64,000 nucleotides of DNA, taken from contig JAZAHK010000046.1 of assembly GCA_036231405.1 (NCBI GenBank), positions 7,567-71,566 on the forward strand, in the 5' to 3' direction. Position 1 is the stretch's first letter. Every line of letters starts with the position of its first letter. The position numbers were made by a program, and so were the translations under genes. Shown in pieces: positions 50,160-58,863 of this stretch. Below the pieces are notes generated by a model. That model was not told the DNA's origin, ran no database searches, and saw nothing but the letters and a program-made list of their open reading frames with translations. Source of the DNA: Nitrospinota bacterium. GTDB taxonomy: Bacteria > UBA8248.

Positions 50160-51862
50160 ATTTTGCAATTTGTTTGTGTGCCTCTTATAAATAATTCTAA
50201 AGTTCTGGGAAGTTTTTCGTATCCCGACATTTTGCTTATGTAAGCATGTGGTGGTGGCTCTATATATCTTTTGTCTGAGCATGCTTTAGAAATAACGGTA
50301 TCTGTGTTTCCTTGGATTACGATTTCACCATTTTCTAAAATGATTGTTTTGTCTGCGTATTTCAGAGTAGTTTCTGTATCATGGGTACAGAGGATAATTG
50401 CTCTTTTTTCGTTTTTTTTGTTTGCCCACTTTTTTAATTGATCCATAATCGTAGTCCTCATTCCTCGATTCATTCCTCCTGTCGGTTCATCTAGAATGAG
50501 TACTTGATTTTCACACGAATACAAAGAAGCAATTGCAAGGCGTAGTCTTTCTCCTTGACTAATAGCAAAAGGACTTTTTTGTTTAAGTTGCGAGAGTTCA
50601 AAAAAATCTAAACTTTCAAGAATTAATTTATTAGTTTTGGACTTTTCGAATTTAAAATTGTTAGGACCAAATTGAATCTCTTTTTCGACTGTATCCAAGC
50701 TTAACATTAGATCAGGGTTCTGGAACAAATATCCAATTTTCCCCACTAGAGAAAATGGTTTGAATTTATTTCTTTCAAACCAATTAATTTCTCCTTTTTT
50801 GGGAGAAAGAAAACCAGAGAGAAGGTTTAGTAAAGTTGTTTTCCCAGTCCCATTTGCTCCCATAATTGCGAGAATTTCACCGTCAAAAAGTTCAAAAGAA
50901 ATATCTTCTAAAATATTAGACTTATTTTTCGCGTAGGAAAAAGTGACATTTTTTACAGACAATAACTTCTTTGTGTTTCCTTTGTTCATTTTAGGATTTT
51001 GCTCAGATGATTCTCGTTTCTTTTTTAGGGAGTTACTTGCTTGCATAAAATCATCTTCGTTTTTAATGTTTGTTAGATTCATTTTTTTCGAAATCTCTAT
51101 CCAGGAAGGAATTTCAAGTTTCAGTTTGTTTAGTATCTCATAAGCGTCAGAAAATTCTCTTTTCCTGAAATCTCCTACAATTGAACCTTTTTCCATAATG
51201 ACAAGTCGATTTGCGATGGGCATAATTCTATTATTTCTATGTTCCGCAAAAATGATGGTTGGATTATAGTTTGATTTAATTTCAGAGATAGACCTAGAAA
51301 AACTTTTTACCCCTTCATGATCTGATTGTGAAGTAGGTTCATCGAGCAAAAGGATTTCCGGCTTCATCGCGAGTATACTTGCTAACGCTATTTTTTGTTT
51401 TTCTCCTCCTGAGAGATTCGTGCAATTATTGAATTCTAATTTTTTTGATTTTGTCATTTCTAGAGCAAAATCAATTCTGTTTAAGATTTCGTTTTTCTTC
51501 AATCCAAGGTTTTGTGGTCCGAAAGCTAATTCTTCTCTTACATTTGAGCAAATTAGTTGATTTTCGCAGTCCTGGAAAAGGAATCCTATGGTTTGAGAAA
51601 TTTGTCTAATTGAAAATTTTGAAATTTCGTTCCCTGAGATATATAATCTTCCTTCTGATGAACCTCCCGTTTCTCTTGGAGTAAATCCACAAATAGATTT
51701 AAGAAGAGTCGATTTTCCACATCCTGAAGATCCAGTGATGAGGATGATATCTCCTCTTTGAATCTCAAAATTTATCTTTCTAAGAGCTTCGAATTCACTA
51801 TCAGGGTATCTAAATGAAAAGTTTTCAAAAGAAATTACGTTTGAGAGAGTTTCATTTTTCAT
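50156..51862 (-). CDS. ecfA: ECF transporter duplicated ATPase (fused EcfA-EcfA', YkoD-like)
   Basis: 568 aa with two complete ABC cassettes. Walker A GSSGCGKST and GANGTGKTT; signatures LSGGEKQKIALA and ISQGERLRLAIA; two Walker B/D-loops. Confidence 0.88.
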   Translation of the reverse strand: MKNETLSNVISFENFSFRYPDSEFEALRKINFEIQRGDIILITGSSGCGKSTLLKSICGFTPRETGGSSEGRLYISGNEISKFSIRQISQTIGFLFQDCENQLICSNVREELAFGPQNLGLKKNEILNRIDFALEMTKSKKLEFNNCTNLSGGEKQKIALASILAMKPEILLLDEPTSQSDHEGVKSFSRSISEIKSNYNPTIIFAEHRNNRIMPIANRLVIMEKGSIVGDFRKREFSDAYEILNKLKLEIPSWIEISKKMNLTNIKNEDDFMQASNSLKKKRESSEQNPKMNKGNTKKLLSVKNVTFSYAKNKSNILEDISFELFDGEILAIMGANGTGKTTLLNLLSGFLSPKKGEINWFERNKFKPFSLVGKIGYLFQNPDLMLSLDTVEKEIQFGPNNFKFEKSKTNKLILESLDFFELSQLKQKSPFAISQGERLRLAIASLYSCENQVLILDEPTGGMNRGMRTTIMDQLKKWANKKNEKRAIILCTHDTETTLKYADKTIILENGEIVIQGNTDTVISKACSDKRYIEPPPHAYISKMSGYEKLPRTLELFIRGTQTNCKI

Positions 51863-52536
51863 GTTCGAACCTCTCTAAGGGAGTGGTGTAGTTTAAATCC
51901 TAGAATGACTCCTAAAAATGTGCAGAACACACATGTAACCATAATGTAACTAAAAATGTACCAGTTAGCGTAAACCAATCTATAGAAAAACATATAAAGT
52001 TCGAAATTCACTAGAGTTACGATAGAATTTCCAACTGTCAAAACTAAACCAGTTAGAAAAATCGTTAGGTATCTTTTATTTTTTTCAATTATTAAGTGTT
52101 GGTTTTCATTTCCACTCCTTGTTATTCCTGCTATCCATAAAAGAGCCTCATAGATCAATATTTCCACTGCGAGTGAAAGAAAAGGAACAATCGCGAATGA
52201 GTAGATAGTGAATGCCACAATGATTTTTCTAATGATAATAAGTAGTGATAGTGCCCCCAAATAAGGATATCTTTTCAGATAGATGACCACTATTGCGAAG
52301 AAAGGTAGTTCTGTAAAAAAACTGGTTAGTAGAAAAGAAAAGGGCCCAAGAAGAGCAACCGAAAGATTCCCTAAGAGTATATTTGGAACATTTACCAAGA
52401 CGAACAGAACTGCGGAATATATTGCGGCACCACTAAATACTCTTATAGGGAGTTTGCTGAGCAGTCGTGAAGAATTGAAGAAAAGGAAAATAAGAAAACC
52501 CGTTGTGATGATTATAGTGAAAATAGTTATTTTCAT
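51859..52536 (-). CDS. Polytopic membrane protein, putative ECF substrate-specific (S) component
   Basis: 225 aa, about 6 predicted TM. Position (S, then fused AA', then T) mirrors the ykoEDC layout. No recognisable CbiM N-terminus. Confidence 0.45.
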   Translation of the reverse strand: MKITIFTIIITTGFLIFLFFNSSRLLSKLPIRVFSGAAIYSAVLFVLVNVPNILLGNLSVALLGPFSFLLTSFFTELPFFAIVVIYLKRYPYLGALSLLIIIRKIIVAFTIYSFAIVPFLSLAVEILIYEALLWIAGITRSGNENQHLIIEKNKRYLTIFLTGLVLTVGNSIVTLVNFELYMFFYRLVYANWYIFSYIMVTCVFCTFLGVILGFKLHHSLREVRT

Positions 52537-52607
52537 TTTTTTATCCTGAAGGGATACATGTTGTTTTTTATTGTTTCCCTAATAATATATCTGTAGATTT
52601 TGACATT

Positions 52608-54650
52608 TTAAAAAGAGGTGCTCATTCCTGCATATATTTCTATTCCAGGTGCATTGTATCCAAATACTTCATCATAATCTTCGTCCAGAAGATTATTGAC
52701 TTTAAATTCAAGGGTAGTTTTTTGGTCAGAAAGAGGAAGTTTTTTTAAATAATATGAAATAGCAACGTCAATTTTTGTAAATCCTGCATTATTGATTCTC
52801 GTGGACGATCCTCCATTGGTTCCATCTACAAATCCCCTGTAATCAAAATCCCTTCTACTACTCATTTGGTTAATATTTACGGTAGCTATAAAAGGTTTTG
52901 GGTGGTAGGAAATCGAACTGCTCCACCACCAGTTAGGTCGTCGAACAAGTTCTTGCCCTTGTTTAAACGACGACCCTCCAAGACCATTACTGTCATCCAA
53001 AACTATAGTATCGAGGGTATTGTAATTCGCACGGATGGTAAAATCGTTATAATTTAAAATTGAGATGGAAAATTCTGCACCTTTTGTCCTTGCCTTTGTT
53101 ATATTTTCATAGTTGGTCCCATTTTCATAAGCAGTCCAACTCCAAGCTATTATATTTTTGAGCTCGTTATGATAGTAAGTTGCGCTAGCCTTAACAAGTT
53201 TCCCCAAGAATTCTTGATCTATTCCAAACTCCCAACTTTTTTGTACTTCTGGGTCAAGATTTGGATTCCCCACATATGATTGAGTTCCAAAAATATCAGT
53301 AAAAGATGGCCTCTTCACTCCTTTTCCGTAAACAGAACGTATTCTGGTTCCTCTTTCTTTGAAATAATATGCACTTGATATTTTGTACGTTGCAGGGTCT
53401 TTGCCTTTGACGAAATCATCGAAACGAAAGCCAGTTGTAAGATAAAATCTATCCCAAAAGGTCAATTGTTCTTGTGCATAAAAAGAGCGAGCTGTTCTTT
53501 TAGATCTTTCCGTTGAGGAAATTTGGACTTGGAAAGTCCGTTCTTTTTCAAATTCAAAACCTAAAGTTGTTATGGCTGAAGTGAGAAGATCCTTTTTAGG
53601 CCTCAGAGATTTATATTTAAAATTTAGTTGATTGTCGAGACGAAAACTTGTCAAAGTGGTGTCTGTCATATATGGAGAGAAAAATGCTCTTACAGCGTCC
53701 AGCGCATCGATTTGATCTAGATATAAGGAGTCACTACGGTAGAAAGAGATCTTGGAAATATAATCAATATTCTTACTAATCTCAGTTTCCGCACGGATAC
53801 CAAAAAAATTATCAATGGTTCTTGTAAAATTGTTTAATTCCCTGTCTGTGTAAGGTCCTGTTAGTCTTAGTTCTGTATTCGTGGCTCCGTCATTCGAGGT
53901 ATTATCAATCTGATTCTTATTATGTTGGTAAAGAAAACGGACCTTTGAAAATTGGGTGGGGTAAAAATCAAAGCCCATTGTTCCGACTGTTCTGTAATAT
54001 CCGTCATTGTAAAATCGGCCGTCTGTATCTGTTCGGCTAACTGTGAAAAGGAAGCCTGTTTTGTCAGTCCCACCTTTTATTTTCATGAATTCCTGTATTG
54101 TTTCCTGGCTTCCGTATCGTATTCCCCATATCTTCGAGATTTCCTCTCCAGGACTTCCCATATCAACCAATAAGTTGATTGCCCCTGCCGCAGCATCTGA
54201 ACCGTATAGCGTACTCTGAGGTCCTTTTAGAATTTCAGCGTTTCTTATCCATTCGGGCGAAATGTGTTCGAAAAGAAAAGGATCTCCATCGGGAGGAGTG
54301 ATCTTAAATCCATCGAGTAAAATGCTTGTGAAGTTTGTTTCACTCCCGCGGATTCTAAAATTAGTTCTTCCTCCACGGCTTCCCGATTTTTCTACAATTC
54401 CACCTATGCTATCTCTCATCAAATCTTCAAAATCATTCGGAATGTGAAAATCCATTTCTCTTTTAGGAATAATCTCTATGGAGTCTGCAATCGTACTGAG
54501 TTTTCTAGGCGTTCTCGTAGCTGTTGCAGTTACAGGATCAAGAAGTATTTCAACCTTCGTGTTTAATTCCTGAGCATAGACTGTTCCGTATGTTACGAAT
54601 CCTGGAATGAAAAAGAAAAAAAACAGAGCAATGCTTTTCCGAAATCCCAC
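52608..54650 (-). CDS. TonB-dependent outer-membrane receptor, BtuB-like (cobalamin riboswitch-controlled)
   Basis: 680 aa from GTG 54650. Signal peptide, TonB box DPVTATAT, plug plus 22-strand barrel, C-terminal aromatic F. A cobalamin riboswitch lies about 200 nt upstream. Confidence 0.85.
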   Translation of the reverse strand: MGFRKSIALFFFFFIPGFVTYGTVYAQELNTKVEILLDPVTATATRTPRKLSTIADSIEIIPKREMDFHIPNDFEDLMRDSIGGIVEKSGSRGGRTNFRIRGSETNFTSILLDGFKITPPDGDPFLFEHISPEWIRNAEILKGPQSTLYGSDAAAGAINLLVDMGSPGEEISKIWGIRYGSQETIQEFMKIKGGTDKTGFLFTVSRTDTDGRFYNDGYYRTVGTMGFDFYPTQFSKVRFLYQHNKNQIDNTSNDGATNTELRLTGPYTDRELNNFTRTIDNFFGIRAETEISKNIDYISKISFYRSDSLYLDQIDALDAVRAFFSPYMTDTTLTSFRLDNQLNFKYKSLRPKKDLLTSAITTLGFEFEKERTFQVQISSTERSKRTARSFYAQEQLTFWDRFYLTTGFRFDDFVKGKDPATYKISSAYYFKERGTRIRSVYGKGVKRPSFTDIFGTQSYVGNPNLDPEVQKSWEFGIDQEFLGKLVKASATYYHNELKNIIAWSWTAYENGTNYENITKARTKGAEFSISILNYNDFTIRANYNTLDTIVLDDSNGLGGSSFKQGQELVRRPNWWWSSSISYHPKPFIATVNINQMSSRRDFDYRGFVDGTNGGSSTRINNAGFTKIDVAISYYLKKLPLSDQKTTLEFKVNNLLDEDYDEVFGYNAPGIEIYAGMSTSF

Positions 54651-54844
54651 AGTTTCCCCCTGGATAAAATCTTGTTGCCCAACTCCTGCAAAACTCTACT
54701 TAATTTGTTTTAGAAGTTGTGTCTTATCCCGAAATAAATGCTTTGGGAAAGCGCAGAGAGAACACCTGTCCATTGAATCTGAAATATTTTATTGGTTTGA
54801 ATTCTCATAGCCCCACCCCATTCCCCGAGGACGTGACAATTAAT

Positions 54845-55025
54845 TAAGAGATGAGGCCGGTATCCTGACTAACAGATCAACCCAAGAGGAAACACCTTCC
54901 CAGCAAGTATTAATTACCAGTGGTAAATAGAATCTCTCAGTACCTGATTACAGTGGCGGGACCGTGCCGGAATCTCACCGGCTTCCCAGACCTTTTGAAG
55001 AAAAAGGCCGCCTGCACCTGATTGA
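54845..55025 (-). promoter_or_regulatory. Cobalamin (B12) riboswitch aptamer
   Basis: Minus-strand RNA reads ...GGUCUGGGAAGCCGGUGAGAUUCCGGCACGGUCCCGCCACUGUAA...CCACUGG...GGGAAGG...AGUCAGGAUACCGGCC. This matches the conserved cobalamin-riboswitch core and the B12-box (AGUCAGG-A-ACC-GCC). GC content is locally elevated over the AT-rich background. Confidence 0.85.
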
Positions 55026-55091
55026 GAACATGCTATATCATTCAAATATGTTTGGAAAGCTATATATCTGATTTTCTGAGAGCACGATATC

Positions 55092-55478
55092 TTAGTCTCG
55101 TTGCGCAAGTTCTATACTGATATTATCTGGACCTTTGATAAACGCTATCTTTACACCAGGTCTAATTTCCCATGGTTCGCAAATCCATTCCGCACCTTTT
55201 GAGGAAAGTTCTTCCCGAGCTTCATCCATATTGTCCACACTCAATCCAAAGTGGTCTAATCCATAACGGGGGTCAGAAGTCGTTTTGACAGGATCTTCTC
55301 CTTCCGCTCTTCCTGATACAATGAAATTCATTCCATTTAATTCCATATTAAAGGAAGGAGCTCCTCCAAGTTTTCTCTCTTGAACAACCTTCGCCCCAAA
55401 CATATCTTCCCAAAATTCTCTAGCAGCGTGAGGATCTTCGCTTCTAAAGTGAAGATGGTCATAACCAAATTTTGCCAT
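55092..55478 (-). CDS. VOC / glyoxalase-bleomycin resistance-dioxygenase superfamily protein
   Basis: 128 aa. Paired beta-alpha-beta-beta-beta modules (HLHFRSEDPHAAREFW; GLDHFGLSVDNMDEA). Confidence 0.7.
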   Translation of the reverse strand: MAKFGYDHLHFRSEDPHAAREFWEDMFGAKVVQERKLGGAPSFNMELNGMNFIVSGRAEGEDPVKTTSDPRYGLDHFGLSVDNMDEAREELSSKGAEWICEPWEIRPGVKIAFIKGPDNISIELAQRD

Positions 55479-55620
55479 TGTTTTTCTCCAAAAAAATAAA
55501 AATAAAGTTTTGTTAAATGGAGGAACAAGAATAACAGGACATCTCTTTGTCGAGAAAGTATGAATGACTTATAATTGTAAATGTTTATTATTCAAGTTTT
55601 AATTTTTAAAAGGGAACAAG

Positions 55621-56742
55621 ATGGCGGACTCACGTATTTCGAATATGGCAGAGATAATTACTCATTATTCAGCACGGGTTAAAAAGGGAGATTTGGTCGC
55701 AATAAGAGGAGGAACTTCGGCAAGTTCTCTAATTTTGCAAATTTATGAGAACTGTTTGAAGTTAGGTGCATTTCCCTACACGCTTGTTTCCTTGCCTGGT
55801 ATGGATGAAATTTTCTACAAGTATGCAAAGAAGGAACAATTGACCTTTCTATCTCCAGTTTCAAAATTTGAAATGCAGAAAGTCGATGTTTTTATCAGTA
55901 TCCTTTCAGAAACGAATACCAGGAGGCTCTCCTCGGTAGACCCACAAAAACAGGTGCTTACTTCCAAATCCAGACAGTCAATCATGAAAACGTTTATGAA
56001 GCGTGCTGCAGCCTACGAAAAAGGCGATAAAAAAGGGTTACGTTGGACACTTACTCTTTTTCCAACAGAAGCCTATGCGCAAGACGCAGAAATGGGTATT
56101 GCGGAGTATGAGGATTTTGTATTCGCAGCTTGTTATGCGGACAAAAAGAACGGGGTTCAGAAGTGGAAAGAAGTAGAAAAAAGTCAACAAAGGGTGATTC
56201 GATATCTTAAGGGAAGAAAAAAAGTTGAAATCTTTGGTCCAGGTACGGACCTGCGAGTGGGTATCAGCGGAAGAAAGTTTATCAATTGCAGTGGGCACAA
56301 TAATTTTCCTGATGGAGAAATTTTTACTGGTCCAGAAGAAAATTCCGTGGAAGGTAGAATAAAATATTCTTTTCCTGCCTGTCTGTCGGGTAGGGAAGTA
56401 GACGGGGTAGAACTTGAGTTTCAAAAAGGAAAAGTAGCCAAAGCGAGTGCAGAAAAAAATGAAAAGTTTTTACTGAGTATGATTGGAATGGATGCAGGCT
56501 CAAGACGTATAGGGGAGTTTGCCTTTGGTCTCAATTACGGAATAAAGCAGTATACGAAAAACATACTATTTGATGAAAAAATGGGTGGCACGGTCCATCT
56601 CGCACTTGGAAAAGGATACCCTGAATCCGGTTCTCGAAATAACTCTGCTTTGCACTGGGATATGGTTTGTGATCTTCGAAAAGATGGGGAAGTCTATGTG
56701 GATGGGAAACTGTTTTTCAAGAAAGGCAAACTGCAAATATAG
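55621..56742 (+). CDS. Aminopeptidase, M29 family (AmpS/aminopeptidase T-like)
   Basis: 373 aa. Thermophilic-metalloprotease family architecture, conserved EIFTGPEE and HLALG regions. Confidence 0.7.
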   Translation: MADSRISNMAEIITHYSARVKKGDLVAIRGGTSASSLILQIYENCLKLGAFPYTLVSLPGMDEIFYKYAKKEQLTFLSPVSKFEMQKVDVFISILSETNTRRLSSVDPQKQVLTSKSRQSIMKTFMKRAAAYEKGDKKGLRWTLTLFPTEAYAQDAEMGIAEYEDFVFAACYADKKNGVQKWKEVEKSQQRVIRYLKGRKKVEIFGPGTDLRVGISGRKFINCSGHNNFPDGEIFTGPEENSVEGRIKYSFPACLSGREVDGVELEFQKGKVAKASAEKNEKFLLSMIGMDAGSRRIGEFAFGLNYGIKQYTKNILFDEKMGGTVHLALGKGYPESGSRNNSALHWDMVCDLRKDGEVYVDGKLFFKKGKLQI

Positions 56743-56821
56743 ACGAAGTCATCTAAGTTCTGTTAGTATGCGTTTTCTCCAGAATTAAATGGTTGTTCTT
56801 TATATTTAATTCTATCTAAAT

Positions 56822-56897
56822 GGGCGGGTAGCTCAGTTGGGAGAGCGGTGCCCTTACAAGGCATAGGTCGGAGGTTCGAGCCCTCTCCCGCCCACCA
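56822..56897 (+). tRNA. tRNA-Val (anticodon UAC)
   Basis: 76 nt, folded by hand into a cloverleaf. 7-bp acceptor stem GGGCGGG/CCCGCCC, D-arm GCTC/GAGC, anticodon stem GTGCC/GGCAT with loop CTTACAA, T-arm GGAGG-TTCGAGC-CCTCT, encoded CCA. Confidence 0.9.
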
Positions 56898-56903
56898 GTT
56901 TTT

Positions 56904-57818
56904 CTAATCTTTACAATGTGCTGAAATACTCGTTAATACTATTGGCATAATTCCTGATTCTGGAAGGGTAAGTTCTTTAAATATAAGTTCTGCCATTTCT
57001 TTTACAGGAACAGATTCTTTCTTTTCACTCTTAAATTTATCAACCAGACCTTGAATCTTTTCGAGGTAGTTTTCCCCTGAATTTAAATGGCCGATGACAT
57101 TTTGGCCTCTTGTTACTTTTCTGCTCAAAGAAGATAGAAGAGTGTCTATGCGTTCCATTTTTTTTATCTTTTCTAAACTCGAAAGAGTAGCATCTACATC
57201 TTCATATATAGGGAGTGTTCCTTCTTCAGGAAGAACGTCACCGCAAATGAATACGCCATCTTCTGGAATAAATAAGGATATACTGCCTGAAGAGTGTCCG
57301 GGAGTGTGAAAAACCTGTATCTCTAACTCTTCGTGAATGATTGTATTACCTTCATCTATGGTTTTATTGACGGAAACAGAACCGGCCACATTTTCGACCA
57401 TTGCACCTACAGGTCTTTCCCTATGCTGCAGGGCAATATCTTCGATGAATGGAACCTCGAGACCGTGTGCGTAAAATTGAGGTCTTGTTTCTTCTAGAAA
57501 AATTTGGTTCCCGCCTATGTGATCAAAGTGTGAGTGGGTATTGATGACGGTCTCAATTTCTATGGGTTTTCTACCTATGGAATGAATGTAATCAAAAATC
57601 GTTGATGCTGATTGTTTAAGAGCCGTATCGACCAAGAGAAGTTTATTTTGAGATTCAATAATGTAGGAAGTTACAAATCTTGGAACACTGGTTCCGGCAT
57701 CTAGTTTTATCTCAAATTCAAGCCAAAGGGAGTGTACGTGTTTTGAAATTCGCAAAATATTCGCCTTTTTAAAAAAAGAACCGCCCGGAAATTCAACTAA
57801 AAAATCCGGACGGTCCAT
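56904..57818 (-). CDS. MBL-fold metallo-hydrolase
   Basis: 304 aa. HxHxDH motif (NTHSHFDHIGG) plus downstream His/Asp ligands. Confidence 0.8.
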   Translation of the reverse strand: MDRPDFLVEFPGGSFFKKANILRISKHVHSLWLEFEIKLDAGTSVPRFVTSYIIESQNKLLLVDTALKQSASTIFDYIHSIGRKPIEIETVINTHSHFDHIGGNQIFLEETRPQFYAHGLEVPFIEDIALQHRERPVGAMVENVAGSVSVNKTIDEGNTIIHEELEIQVFHTPGHSSGSISLFIPEDGVFICGDVLPEEGTLPIYEDVDATLSSLEKIKKMERIDTLLSSLSRKVTRGQNVIGHLNSGENYLEKIQGLVDKFKSEKKESVPVKEMAELIFKELTLPESGIMPIVLTSISAHCKD

Positions 57819-57836
57819 TTATTCCTTTTGCAATAC

Positions 57837-58814
57837 TTATTTGCTAGTCATCGCCTTAATTAGTTGAGTGAAACCATCGTATCTTTCTTTACGTACCTTA
57901 TTGTAATCAGTACCTTTCACGAATTGTACCTTTTCGCCAATACTTCTTATGAAACGTTTGAAAGATTTGTTCTTGAGGATTTTTTCGAATGCTCCTCTTA
58001 GGATTGCAAGTCGATCTGCAGGAGTTTTGGAAGGGGCCATGAAAATCCGCTCCATTTTAAAACTAACCCCCTTATATCCCAACTCTTCTGCTGAAGGAAC
58101 GTTTTTAAAATCCTTGTCTTTAGAGAGACGTTTGTCTCCGGACACTGCAAGTGCAATAACTTTTCCTGATTTAACGTGAGGTCTTGACTGTGTGGTGAAT
58201 CCCATAGTGATATCATCCTGACCTGAAAGTAATGCACGTAGGGTAGGGCCACCACCTTTGTGAGGGATAAAATTTACTTTAATTCCAGCTGCTTTTACAA
58301 ACTGCATAGCAGGGGTATGAATTGCACCCCATACACCACTATGTCCGAAGTTAATCTTTCCTGGATTTTTCTTCGCATACGCTACAAATTGCTTCATATT
58401 TTTCCATGGTTTGTTAGATAGACTGATGAATAAAGGTTGCGCATGATTTAACTTTGCGATAGCGGTAAAATCTTTAAGACTGTTGAAAGGAACTTTCCTG
58501 GTCTGTGGAACTAGTTGGTCAAATCCATTCGAGGTGAAAAGGATAGTATAACCATCTGGTTTTGCATTTGCCACGAAAGCGGATCCTCTCATGCCAGCAC
58601 CACCTGGGAGTAGTTTCACAATCATCGGTTGCCCTATGATGTCACTCATGATTCCGGTGATCCCTCTCGCATGTAAGTCATGACTTCCACCAGCACCTAC
58701 TGGAAGTACAAGTGTGACTGGACGGTTTGGAAATTTTGCATGTCCATCCACTATCAAAATCGGCGAGATTAGAAAAACAAACACAATTAACAAACAAAAA
58801 ATATTTCTTCTCAT
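57837..58814 (-). CDS. tctC: Tripartite tricarboxylate transporter substrate-binding protein (TctC/Bug family)
   Basis: ATG 58814 is preceded by GGGAGGA, then signal peptide MRRNIFCLLIVFVFLISPILIV, then Bug-family fold. Downstream of tctB-tctA on the same strand. Confidence 0.8.
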   Translation of the reverse strand: MRRNIFCLLIVFVFLISPILIVDGHAKFPNRPVTLVLPVGAGGSHDLHARGITGIMSDIIGQPMIVKLLPGGAGMRGSAFVANAKPDGYTILFTSNGFDQLVPQTRKVPFNSLKDFTAIAKLNHAQPLFISLSNKPWKNMKQFVAYAKKNPGKINFGHSGVWGAIHTPAMQFVKAAGIKVNFIPHKGGGPTLRALLSGQDDITMGFTTQSRPHVKSGKVIALAVSGDKRLSKDKDFKNVPSAEELGYKGVSFKMERIFMAPSKTPADRLAILRGAFEKILKNKSFKRFIRSIGEKVQFVKGTDYNKVRKERYDGFTQLIKAMTSK

Positions 58815-58863
58815 TTCAAATCCTCCCATTTGAATAAAAAAACTTAAAAACGAAAAATAGCTT

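Noticed and set aside
50160-50282. Extended start of the ECF T component overlapping 127 nt of ecfA
   Set aside because: The internal ATG at 50159 gives the classic ATGA stop/start overlap, and the upstream 41 codons are basic and non-membrane.
54607-55108. Two small ORFs (54607..54810 plus strand, 54914..55108 minus strand)
   Set aside because: They overlap the cobalamin riboswitch and its expression platform, and the riboswitch explains the conservation and composition.
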